This document shows, piece by piece, positions 36,896-49,479 of a stretch of 64,000 bases of DNA. The stretch lies in assembly GCF_009914755.1 (NCBI RefSeq), contig NC_060928.1; one strand, 5' to 3'. Both the position numbers and the translations under genes were made by a program. The notes beneath the pieces were generated by a model. That model was not told the DNA's origin, ran no database searches, and saw only the letters and a list, made by a program, of their open reading frames with translations. The DNA is from the human T2T-CHM13v2.0 reference genome, Homo sapiens. Every line of letters starts with the position of its first letter. The stretch's first letter is position 1.

Positions 36896-39800
36896 TGACT
36901 AACTCACATTCACCTTTATCATTATTATTATTATTTAAGAAATAGAAGGGGGAGGTGGAATTGAATATCTAGGTTTGGCTGATACTTAGCAAGCAGAATA
37001 TTTATTTTACCCTGAAAATGCAAGGAGAAACAGAAACAGGATATCATAGATTTAATCAAGAATTTTAAGATGAGAAAAGTTTGGAAGTATGTCAGACTAT
37101 AGTTCTGAATCACATTCTTTAGGCTTCAATATGATGTATCAATACCGTGTGATGCAAAGATACTAATTTAAAAGGCACCTATGTTTTCAAAAGGAAAACT
37201 TTTCCCAACTGAATCTAGTGAAAACTATTCCAGCTGGATATTTTTTTCTTTTCTTTCCAATTGCCAATCACTGTTAGACCAAAACAGATAAAAGTGACTT
37301 AAAATAATTAAAAACAGGCTTGATTTAGCAAACAGTACATATAGTAAAATTTCAGGCATATTCAAACCTAGCACTCTCATGAATACTTTACTAGGGAAAA
37401 CTTTGTGCTATAGAAAAATGTTATTTTTCTATACGACAAGAAACACAGAATCCTTCTGTTAATGTCAATTCCTCCTTTCTTATTGTGAGAAACTGAGAAA
37501 ATAAGATACAGGAGAATCTTAAAAAGCATTTTGAATGAAAAAAACATTAATTCAGTTGTTAAACTGAAAAGACTTAAAAGGCTGAAACTATTTTGAGGTG
37601 CTCATGAACAATTTCAGATTAAAGCAAGATATACACCTTCTTAATTTTATGCTATTGCTATCTTAAGAATAACAATACTGTTTCCTCTATTTTTAAAAAA
37701 ATTAGTACACTTCAAATTAAAATATTTGAGTGTCTTCCAAAATACTTCAATTTATGAATTAAATAAAACTTAACCAAATAATTGGGAGGATAAAACTTTT
37801 TTTAATTTTTAGTTTTAATTCACAAGCAAAATTTTTATTTTTCCAAGCAAACTTAATATACAAGGTATTGTACTTTGGTAGGTATTTACATATCAATACA
37901 TACCTAAGACAGAGCATGACATATAGCAAGCACTCCAAAAAATTTATCACTAATAAATAATATGTATAAGTGTGAACATAAGTTCATTAACTTGTTTTAT
38001 AAACTTGAAATATGTTTATTCCCCTGCAGAAAATATTCAAATTAGCATCCAAAAATGTATTTTACTCCTCATTCACTACTTTGATGGAATTTGGAGTTGA
38101 AAACACTGCTTCTGTGAAATAGATTTGTGATTTGCTAAAACATATTGTTAAAAGCCCAGGTTTTGTTTCTTGGTGCCAGTAGGCGAAAGTGCCACTAGTA
38201 GTTTTCAACAGAACTTTATCTTGCACATCTGAATTAAATTATATTTCTCTTGGTTTCAGATGAATAAACACATTCCACAATAGCATTGTGCCAGTAGAAT
38301 TATGCACCTGGAGTATGTTAATTTTCTTAATGACATCACGGTATTTTCCTAATAGGCTAATCATATTCAGATAAGATTATCAGGATTCCTACATTTAGAA
38401 ACAGTACTTTATTCAAGCTAAATTATTAATTAATTTTTTTCCTAACTTATCCACTTAAGGTCCAATTTTGTATAACATTATTTTCTACTAGTCTTCTAAT
38501 TAAAATTGTTCCTTATTTTTTGATACTATTTAATCATGAGGTTGGTATGCAGTGTACTCTACATACCTAAAATAACCTTTATAATTGCATGCTCCTATTT
38601 AAAATTTTGGAAGAAAGAGCTTATATGCATGTTCAAATCAAGCTAATAGTGCCACATATGTTTTCTGTTATGATATGGTTACAATTTTACATGTAGAATA
38701 TGTGGAATACATATTTTTCAACTCTGTTTATCCACATTCCCTACAGTTTGTACCCCCGATGCAATCTTATACTTAGTACTACCTAAAGAGTTGAGCCAAA
38801 ACAATCAATTATCTTATTTTTCTCACATCATAGCTACTGGATTTCACTGAACCCATAAATAAGTTAGAATTTGTTATATAAATCAGTAAACAAAGCATCT
38901 GTTCCTCAATGTTTTATTTATTTTCATCTAATACACTTTATATTACCATAAGTAAGAAATTAATAATTGTATTTCTTGTGATCATGGTTATTTGACATCT
39001 ATATGCAAAAAGAGAAATTATAATTAAAATAGTTTGGGATCATAATTCAATACATTTATCCATTTCAATACCCAAGCTGTGCATATATGCAAATTAAATT
39101 CCATTCAAATATTTATAAAACAGTTTATAATTGCCTCTGGGTATAAATCAGTGAGCCAAGTTAAAGCTATATAAAGCTATATCAGGACAAAAGATGACAA
39201 AAGAGACACTCCACAGATATGTTATCCCTGAAAATTTCACAATTCTTAGAGAAGTTAATTTCATTTTCAGTTAAACAGATCCAATGACTTGTACCAAAAT
39301 AACTAAAACATTCCAAATATCATTACAAATCTGAGGTTCTTGTATAGCTGTCAATTATTTTACAAATGAAGTTAGTTTCAAGGAGTGGAGTAACAATAAT
39401 TACTCTAGCAGGAGTTGGCCATTGTAAGGAACCCAAAGGAACCAACATCAAAGGATATGGCAGGCTAAGGAGTCTATTCAGCATTCCATTAGGGCCTATA
39501 ATAAACCCGCAAACTTCTTGACTGTTCTTCTAGCTTACTAATAATATCATACCTTGCTTTCATGTTATTATCTACTACGGCCTTTGTCATTGCATATTAT
39601 TAGCTTTATAAGAAAGAGTGGCCTAGACAGAAGAACTTGGGAGGGAAATGAACATTTTCCCACATTTGCCAAAGAAATAGGATGAATGGCAGACACAGTT
39701 GAGATTGTTTTTAGCTCCAGGCAGACTTTTGCTGTAAAACCGTTGGTTTTTTGAAGTGCACATGATTTTAGTATTTCACTTTCCCCCTACACAGATGAGA

Positions 39801-39964
39801 TTGCATCAGACCTACTTAATTCCTTTTTACCTGTTTAGTTAATAAGATTCTGCAAGTAGCTGATAACTTTTGAGAAAGATCCTGGTGGTATTTTGAAAAA
39901 AAAAAAAAAAGTCCACAACTCTCAAGTAGATGTTTCTGAAGACACTGAGTCTCGATGTAGTATA

Positions 39965-40460
<496 letters not shown>

Positions 40461-40751
40461 TGTATGAGAAGCTAAATGTTTCTTTTGGAGCATGGGCAAC
40501 ATTGTTCTCCAGGTTGTTAATGTACTACTTTCTGGAATTAAGCTGCCACCTGGATGCAGGAAACTAGCATAGAGACTAATCATAGGAGGTACTCTACTGA
40601 TTTTACTTCCATTCCTGGGGAAGTCATTAAAATGAATGATTTAATTACATCATTATATCATTACCTACTAAGAGTATCAAAATACCAAATCAGTCGAGAG
40701 ATGGCCATCTTTTCACAGCAGGCTATAATGAGTTTAATATATATTCATTTA

Positions 40752-41062
40752 GGGCCAGGTATGGTGGCTCACACCTACAGTCTCAGTGCTTTGGGAGGCT
40801 AAGTTGGGAAGAACACTTGAGGCCAGGAGTTCAAGACCAGCTGGGTCTTGAAAAAAACTCCTGGCTAACTAAAGAACGAGTTTTGTTTTTTAGTTAGCCA
40901 GGAGTGGTGGCACACACCTGTAATCCTATAGCTACTCAGGTGGCTGAGGCAGGAGGATCACTTGAGTCCAGGACTTTAAGTCTGTAGTGAGCTATGACTG
41001 TGTCACTATACTCTGGCTTGGGCAACACAGCAAGACTCTGTCACTAAAAAATGTTTTTTAGT
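40752..41062 (+). mobile_element. AluJ with an internally rearranged, palindromic linker
   Basis: Left and right monomer text present; 40844-40890 replaced by inverted copies; TSD ATATATTCATT at 40739-40749 and 41071-41081. Confidence 0.9.
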
Positions 41063-41249
41063 TAAATCAAATATATTCATTCAAATGAAATAATTGACTT
41101 TGTAAACCACATTGGGAGATTTTCTTATGTCCTAATTTACTCAAGACAATTAAGTGGTCAGGTGTGGTTAAGAGAAAAAAAAAAAATGAACTCTGCCTTT
41201 ACCATTGCATTGGGAAATTACATAGTGATACACTGAGCCATCTCAAGAC

Positions 41250-41470
41250 CAGGGATCGGCTAACTTTTTCTGCAAAGACCAGACAGTAACTATTTTAGGC
41301 TTTTCATGACATATGGTCTTTGTTGAAACAACTCAACTCTGCCCTCATAACACAAATAAGCAATAGGAATAGATAAACAAATGAATGTGGATGTGTTACA
41401 ATAAAACTATATTTACAAAAATTGATGGTGAGCCAGATTTGGCTCAAAGGCTGTAGTTTTCCAGCTCCTG
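41250..41470 (+). mobile_element. MER58A (hAT-Charlie)
   Basis: CAGGGATCGGCTAACTTTTTCTGCAAAG...ACAACTCAACTCTGCC...CAATAAAACTATATTTACAAAA...CTCCTG. Confidence 0.85.
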
Positions 41471-42405
41471 CTGATCTTTATACTGATCATCTCTTAATAC
41501 TTCACCAATTATCACTTGCATGATTCCTATATTCCTGATATTTCTTACCTGTTAGCAAGATAACCAAGACTATATGTAGATGTTTAGAGAATATATTAAA
41601 AGAACAATTGCATATTTAAAATTATATATAAATTCTAATCATATTTTTCCTTAAAAAGTTTAATAGAAAAATATAGAAGAGTAGACTAAGAGCAGGAGAT
41701 GGCAACATTTATAATCAATGGCGTGACTCCTCACTAATATACAGACCTAATATAAATGCATCTTCCAATCCCAAAGACCATAGATTAAGGCTCCATTCAA
41801 TCAAAAAAAATTTCATATCATCAATACCACTGTTATTAACTGTAATGCCAGTTACAAGTCATGCCGATAACCAGTCAAGAACAGGAGAAATTGTCACTAG
41901 GTAACTATAGTAGCTGAAGACAACATGAGAAACCAAAACAAAATATTTTAAATTTATCCACACACTTGCAATAAGATTAAGCCCAAGAATTAAATATCAC
42001 TCATCCTACAAACACAAAGGAATTTTTAGATGTTTGAACAAATGGAGAGATCAAAGATATTACAAAACATTTGGTAAGCGTCCTCCACAAAGCATGTTAC
42101 AAACCACAGAACTTGAAAACAAAGCTAAAAGAAATAAAAGATTATTATGTGAAGATGGCTAAATAGTTTTCTCCATTTTACTTAGGTCTTTTTAAAAATC
42201 AACATGAATACAATCAATTCATATTATTTTTCAAATTGGTCAATTAGCTCTCTGTTATTAAATTATAAACTCAGAGGTATGAATGATGTATTATTCATCT
42301 TCATAAGTACATGAATAATATATGAATACTGGCCAAAATTAGTTGGCCTTAATTATTAATCAGTTACATTTACTAGCCCTAATGGAGTATAGAAATCACA
42401 TAGTA

Positions 42406-42690
42406 GGCCAGGCATGGTGTCTTACTCCTACAATCTCAGCACTTTGGGGGCTGAGGCGGGAGGATTGCTTGAAGCCAGGAGTTTGAGACAAGCCTGGGAA
42501 ACATAGTAAGACCTCATCTCTACAAAATATGTAAAAATAAGCTGGATATGGTGACATGTGCCTGTAGTCTCAGCTACTCGGGTGGCTGAGGCTGGAGGAT
42601 CATTTGAGTCCAGGAGCTTGAGCCTGCAGTGAGCTATAATCATCACTGCACTCTAGCCTGGGTGACAAAACCAGACCCTGTCTCAAAAGA
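42406..42690 (+). mobile_element. AluJ
   Basis: GGAGGATTGCTTGAAGCCAGGAGTTTGAGAC and GCAGTGAGCTATAATC. Confidence 0.93.
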
Positions 42691-42957
42691 AGGAAGGAAG
42701 GAAGGAAGGAAGGAAGGAAGGAAGGAAGGAAGGAAGGAAGGAAGGAAAGAAGGGAGGGAGGGAGGGAGGGAGGTGGGGATGGGGGAGGGAATGAGGGAGG
42801 GGAGACAGAGAGAGAAAGAAAAAGAAAGGAAGGAAAGGAAAGGAAAGGAGAAAGGAAAGGAAAGGAAAGAAAAAGGAGAAGGAAAGAAAGGAAAGGAAAG
42901 AAGAGGAAAGGAGAGGAGAGGAAAGGAAAGAAAAGGATAGGACAGGAAAGGAAAGGA
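42691..42957 (+). repeat. (GGAA)14 followed by a GGGA/GAAAG purine tract
   Basis: Consecutive GGAA at 42692-42747, then purine-rich repeats. Confidence 0.95.
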
Positions 42958-45648
42958 CACAAAGTTGTTCATTGTTATCTCAAAACTCACTCATACAAAT
43001 TAGCAGAATATTCCCAGAAAGTGTAATACTCTATCTTCTATCTCTAAGTGAGATGCTGCAAAGACCAGAGTTCTTATGAGAAGACTGGAGAATTCAGAGC
43101 TCCGCCCTTAGGCAATTCAAAGCAGACTCCTGTCCCTCTTAATTAAACGAATCCCTCAGCACTGCATGAGCAGGCTGCTTTCCAGAATAGAAGAGATGTC
43201 ACACAGATGTTTCCAACAAAATTTCCACAAGGTTTACCTTGTTGAGAAAGAATGACTCCATTCAAAGCAAGAATTTTACCAAACCTATGAGAATGAACAA
43301 GAGCAGAAGAGTTGGAATTCCTCTCTTTTTGAAAGAACAACATACACAATGTACAACCAGACACATATTCAGAAAGTCCAGATGTCTTCACCATGTAGGG
43401 GAATAATTTTTATAACTCCACAGAAATAAGAAAAGGCACTAAGAGAATCATGAGAAGGTGTTGCAAATCTGAGAAGTGAGAATACACAGACCTCTCTTGC
43501 ATTGCCAACTTGATTAGCTCTTCTCCTTTACAAAAAGATGCTTTAACCATTGACCTGCCAAAAGAAAGACCCAAAACTATGCCTGATTTCAGGTCAAAGG
43601 TGAAAGAAAGAAATGCCAAGAAGACAATGCTTACAAAAGAAACCTTCAAAACAAGGCAGTAATGATAAGTTTTATAGATCTGCAATACAGAAGAAGAAAC
43701 CGGTATGGAATAGATCATGTCTGCTTTTGAATTTTAATGCAGACGATGGAAAAAGAGGGCATACATAAAAATTAGGGAAAATGTGATTTGAAACAGATGT
43801 CAGGCAGCCTTTCATCCCAAAGGGTCATAAATGAATGTATGGAATATCAGGCAGACAAAACTGTTCAAGTGAATATTAAACTTGTTTTAAAAAAACTTTG
43901 TATCATCCCTCATTAGAAGTTATTATAAAAAGCTATGAAGCTTTATTGAATAACTTCAACAAATTTCCTAAATTATGAATGCTAATTAATTTTTATTCCT
44001 ATTTATAACAACACACACAAAAAAAAGTGCTAACTAGTAAGAAATGATGAGAATAAAGTCAAGAATTAACACGTAGATAGGATTTTAGGGTTCTGATTTA
44101 GAGTGCTCGATCACTCTACTACCTCAGCATCACAGCCTCACATGGTGAATGTGATTTCCAAGTTGCAAAAAAATGACATTATTTTGAAGACTAGAGTTCC
44201 AGTCTTTTATTTTAGAAAAAAAAAAGTAAGGAAGAAGAGTACTTCCATTGTTGCTATATTGTAAGTCTGACATTATAACTCCCTCAAGCAATCTTTATGA
44301 TTTATTTAATGGATACTTAAAAATGAGTACTTTTCTTTTTAAAATATATCCTTAAAAGAAAATCATAGGTATTATTATTTCTAAACGTTTGCTTTGTGAG
44401 AATTATACTTTTCTTAATGGCCAATAGAAACTGTAGAGACACACTTAGCACTCAAGCAGAGCAACCGATTAACTTTTGATAGAATTGTTTCTGCCCCGTG
44501 CCTACACTCTCTTTATTTTATATCATTTTCTGCATTTGCTTAACTTCCTTCTTTTGCAAACATTTTTATTGTATTCTAATTGGCTCAATTTTATGTAACC
44601 TTCAAAATCATACAAAATTACCTTAAATCATTTAGAACTAAAGAAAGTATAATTAATTACTTGAATCCTTCCTGTAGAATTGCACCATGTAACATAAAAG
44701 CCCTGATCACCCTTTTAGTTTATCTCAGTTCAGTTAGTATTGTTCTTACACATGTCATCCAGAAAACATAATTTGTTGCGTAGCCAACACTGTCCTCTTA
44801 TTTCCAATGATACTATACAAAGAGATTCAATGAAACCTCAAAATAAATCAAACATTGAATCTACAGAAGGAATACAGAAACAGAATTCTCTGAAAAAAAT
44901 CCATATGATATAATGCCCCTGGTTCCTGAGGATTTAGAGAATATCTCTACCCCAGCAGCACCCAGCCCAAACTCTCAGCAATGAATCCTGCTTTCAATAT
45001 CATGGTGCTAACCCCTAATCCTTGTCAGAGTCCTCATTTCATGACATAGTCTTGTTGAAATTGGCATAGGTATACCGTATACCATCTGTCATGGGATGAA
45101 GAGAAAAAAAAAGCCTCTGGCTTCTTCCCCATAGTACTACCATTGTTTCTTCCTCCATTTTTATTCTTCCAGTTCTAGAAGCTCTTTTCTAAACCTCACA
45201 ATAAAAAAACTTAGCCCTAACGGTCCTGGTGGTACCCAGTGACTTATCTGCTGAAACACTACTTGCTTTTTGCTTGCAAGTATTTAGGAATGGAGGGAAA
45301 TAAAGGCACAGTGGAATTTCATGACTTCTAACGCTGTCATACATAATATCTTGATAAAATTCATATTTTTTATCTTACTGAATAAGCTTTTTTTAGCATA
45401 GCCCAGGCATTACTGTTTCTCATCATTGACCTTATCTCAGCAAATAAGAACTACAAATATAGTTTCACAGAAGGAGCATATTTACCTGCTGTGTATCTCT
45501 CCAGTAAACAAAGTTTTCAACAATTTCCAGTTAATTAACACATGTCAAATTTCTCACTTGAGAAAATGTCATTTTCTAATGATACAAACTTGTTTTTTAT
45601 AAACTTCTTGCTAAAAATAATCTAGTAAGCTAGTAACTCATTGGAACT

Positions 45649-45711
45649 CAGTCATTTTTAGGCTATGTCTAAAATGACTGTGTCATTTTAGACAATGACT
45701 ATGTCTAAAAT
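45649..45711. repeat. Four alternating-orientation copies of a ~13-bp unit
   Basis: TGTCTAAAATGAC (45666-45678) and its reverse complement GTCATTTTAGACA (45682-45694), with partial copies on each side. Confidence 0.85.
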
Positions 45712-45754
45712 AAAAGAGTTATGTCTTTCTTAACCTAATAGATACAAACTCAAC

Positions 45755-45951
45755 ATTATTTAGTACTTCATAGTTCATAATGTACTTTAAAAAGATTATC
45801 TGATATGATCCTCAAAAAAACTATTTTATTATCCCAAGTTACAGTTAGGAAATATGAAGTTCAGAGAGACTAGGTGACTTTCCTTGGGTCATTAATGACA
45901 CTGTCAGATCTCTGGTTCCTAGTTTAATATTCTTCGCTCTACCTCATGCTG
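45755..45951 (-). mobile_element. MIR fragment
   Basis: TTATTATCCCAAGTTACAG...GAAGTTCAGAGAGACTAGGTGACTTTCC. Confidence 0.7.
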
Positions 45952-46920
45952 GGGGTTAATGTTAATTTCATTAAGTCAATATAATATCAACAAGGTGACT
46001 CTGACAATATGACTCTGACAATTTCTCTACAGGCTGTTTTCTTCATCTAAACATTATCTTCTTCCTGATATCTCTGTGACAATAAATTATAGAAGAACTT
46101 TAAAGTCATAGTTAGGCTGTTCATCAAAACTTGCAAGAGGGGTGTGGGAGTCACAAGGCAGGTTCTCAGAATCATGTGTTTTGGCCTTCTGAGTGTCAGA
46201 AAGAAATGCGGAGATTCTTATGAAGAAAGAAGAATTTACAGATGCTTTTATGGTTTGCATCTAGATTAGCTCAAGCTATGTCTGTGCTGGAAAAATAAAA
46301 TTACCATATTATTTTTAATGTAAAATATAATTAAATACTTTCAAAATATTGATAAGAAACTAAAAAGAAAAGTAAATGGCCAATATTGTAAATGTAACAA
46401 ACAGAGACCCAGTTGTAAGGTGGATCAGATGTAAGTTATGGAGTTTGCCAGAGCTCTGAAAGACTGTATTCTCCTCAGGAGCATCAACAATTTATTTTTA
46501 AGAGCAGTTATTCACAAGAGGGTCAGGCATCATTTAAACTAAATGTAAAGCTCTGGAAGGGACTTCTCTGGCACATGCTATATTCATCCTCAGAAATGAT
46601 GGTTTAAACAAATCTGCAAAACTCTGTTTCAAAATATATTACTTCAAATTAACATACTCTTTCATAGAAGACACAAATGTCTGTGCTTACCCACCATTAC
46701 TTTGAAATAAGTGAAGATTTTGGTGTTATTTCAACTTTCTATGTATATTGAACTGTAATCAGTATCACCTTACTCTTGAGAAAAATGAAGAAATTGGTCA
46801 TTAAGAAATTAAAATCATTGTTTAAAATTCTTAGTCAACAATAAGATGAAAATTAGAAGAACATCACTAGCCCATGCCATTACAAAATTCAACAAAGCTG
46901 TTTCTTAAATGTGTACATTT

Positions 46921-47020
46921 AAAAGAAGAAAAGGAGGGAAGGAGAGAGGGGAGAAGAAGAGGAGGAGAAGGGGAAAGGAAAAGATAGGAAGAGAGGAAGG
47001 AAAGAAGGCAGGGAGGAAGG
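46921..47020 (+). repeat. GA-rich low-complexity tract
   Basis: Near-pure purine run. Confidence 0.85.
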
Positions 47021-47708
47021 CATCTGAGACTACAACTTGATGAGCTACATTTCTTCTAAATATTTACTAGACAATTATTCAAAGAATAAAGCATTTAGGA
47101 AAAATAATGACAGCTCTTCAACCACAAAACAATAGTATATGTCTCCAGACTGCTTATTAGTAATTCAGATATTATCACCAAATTTGCCTAAGGATTTCAA
47201 GTGCGAAACTCACAAAATGTCATTTTAATTCATTCTAAGAGTGTCATCTTGGCAATCAGTGGAGAAAATTATAGTATTAAGTGGTCTGGCTATATATAAA
47301 ACAAAGGCATAAACATAAATCCCTTCTTCAAATACTTGACTGATGTAATGATTTTAATGACTTGCATATTGTAGTTCTTCATTCTTAGGAATGGATTATA
47401 GTTCTGGAAACTGACTTGACTGATTAAGTTTCATCCAGTCTCACTCTGGATTTTGCTGCTGAATATGATCATTTCTACCACATGAACAGCAGGAGCCAAG
47501 CATCTGCCTCTTTATTGTAGCTTCCATGGTATTATTGTTGAATGTGTAAGCCAGTGGGGCCTTGCTGAATGAAATCTGCAATTCAAATCATAAAATTTTT
47601 CATACACAAGAGAACACTTTGGAGGCAACCCAAAGTGAAACACAACATCTACTGCAATGAGCTATCTGCTGCAGACCCATAAGGCACAATTGAAGTAAGC
47701 TTTAAGAG

Positions 47709-47903
47709 CAGTGCTTCTCAAAGTGAAGTCCAACTGCCTTGTGAAACAACTGCCTTGGAATTAACTGCAGTGATGAATAAAAGATGAAGATTCCTGGGCA
47801 CCTCTTGAGAGTTACACAATCATAATTTCTAGAGGCAAGTACCAAGCATCTGCACAAGCTCACATGGTGATTTTTATATACCCTAAAATTTTAAAAGCCA
47901 CCG
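47709..47903. mobile_element. MER5-family (hAT-Charlie) element
   Basis: CAGTGCTTCTCAAAGTG start, AGATTCCTGGGC core, ...TAAAATTTTAAAAGCCACCG end. Confidence 0.65.
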
Positions 47904-47965
47904 TTTCAATTTTTTTCTCACTGTATTGAAGTCTTCAGTATACATAACTCTCAGATGCCGATGTA

Positions 47966-48018
47966 TTAGGTTGGTTGAAAGTAATGGCAAAACTGCAATT
48001 ACTTTTGCACCAATCTAA
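47966..48018. mobile_element. MADE1, internally deleted
   Basis: TA-flanked TTAGGTTGGT...GTAATGGCAAAACTGCAATTACTTTTGCACCAATCTAA. Confidence 0.85.
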
Positions 48019-48920
48019 TAGTTCCCCTGAAGAAGAATTACAGAATCTTTTTTGAAGTAGAACAGTTTCTTATTATAGGCTGTCATGGAACCCAAATGGG
48101 TAGAGTAAGGGAATGGATAGAGGCTGGAGAAATGCCCTGCCAGGCATAGAACTTGAAAAAAAAATTAAATTCTTGTTGTATCAAGAAATAAACATCATGG
48201 GGTAGGGTTTTTTGAAAATATGTTGCAACATAAAATATGAATTTAGTTTAAGAATTATTATTGACATTTCTTCCCAAACAAGATTATAGTGCTGATGACA
48301 CAGTATTGACACATTTACATATATAGCACATGGGCAGACACATATGGTAGAAAAAGTTTCTTTCTTTGCCACATCCACATGCCACATATGCTGGAACTTA
48401 TTAACATTCTGTTGAAGTGGTCAGACTGTTCTTAGTGTGGTTGTTTTTTCTTGGGGAAATCTATTTCCCTCTCAATGAGGAAGCATTCAGTTACCAAACT
48501 ATTCCTGGTTTTAAGTAATTTGCAAACTTTGTCTTGTAAACACTTACAGATATACCACAGAAGTCCCTAGAGTTACCTTGGAAGTAGCCCAAATTTATCT
48601 CAAACATATCGTGCTCATGCAAAATAAATATTGAAACCATTATTTCAGAGAAACTATTTTTCTAAGCCAGTTTCTTTTCAAATTGAACGTCAAGGGCATC
48701 GCCTTGGAAGTTGGAAATGCAAAGCCGTGTTTGGTGAGATCGCCTGCGCTGAATGGGAATTATAGGCACAATTGCCTTCCCTCCTTCCCACGATGTAGGA
48801 CTTGCTGTTCACATTTACCTGCTCTTTATAAAAGAAGAATAATGACTGGAAATATACAGCAGAGCTCTAATTTAGGCTTGCTCTCAAAACTTTCACCTCC
48901 CTTTAATATTTCCTTTACAG

Positions 48921-49138
48921 CTGGTATTGGCAAACTATGGTCCATGGGCCAATGTATCCTGCAGGTAGCTTTTGTAAACAAATTTTATTGGAACACAACC
49001 ACACCCACTTACTTACATATCGTCTATGGCTGCTTTCCCACAGCAAAATTTGAGTAGCGGCAAAGAGATGCTGGGGCCTGCAAAACTAAAAAAATATTTA
49101 CTATCTGATCCTTTGCAGATAAGGTTTGCCTACCACGG
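48921..49138 (-). mobile_element. MER58A
   Basis: GGCAAACTATGG...TTTTATTGGAACAC...GTCTATGGCTGCTTT...AAATATTTACTATCTG...GTTTGCC. Confidence 0.85.
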
Positions 49139-49479
49139 ATCTAGATAATATTTACAGTTGCCTCAGTAGTAATCCCTGTCAAACAGAGGTAGGTAGAGGC
49201 AGAGGTGGTGCATGCCTAGCATGATGAAGGAAGAAATTTTATATAAATATTATTGCAAGAAAAAAGGGACAGCTTGATCATAAAAAGTGAAAAATGTCTA
49301 TTCTTACATAAAATAACTTCTTTCAAAAGTGAGACTTTCACTAAGTTGCTATTTTGAAAAGGAGGTCAGTAATAAACAAGTTATTGCTGTATGTTTGATT
49401 TTTATAAATATATAGTAATCCACATAATTTCCCCAGATAAATATTAACACAATTATTTTGTTTTCCTCTCCTACATTAT

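Noticed and set aside
42600-42990. 103-120 aa low-complexity ORFs
   Set aside because: GGAA/GAAAG tract translations.
45996-46022. Short tandem duplications (also near 1012, 32835, 39162, 47731 and 50975)
   Set aside because: Ordinary 10-15 bp slippage duplications, common genome-wide.
48683-49057. 124-aa ORF
   Set aside because: Non-ATG start, 3' third runs through MER58A, no recognisable protein.
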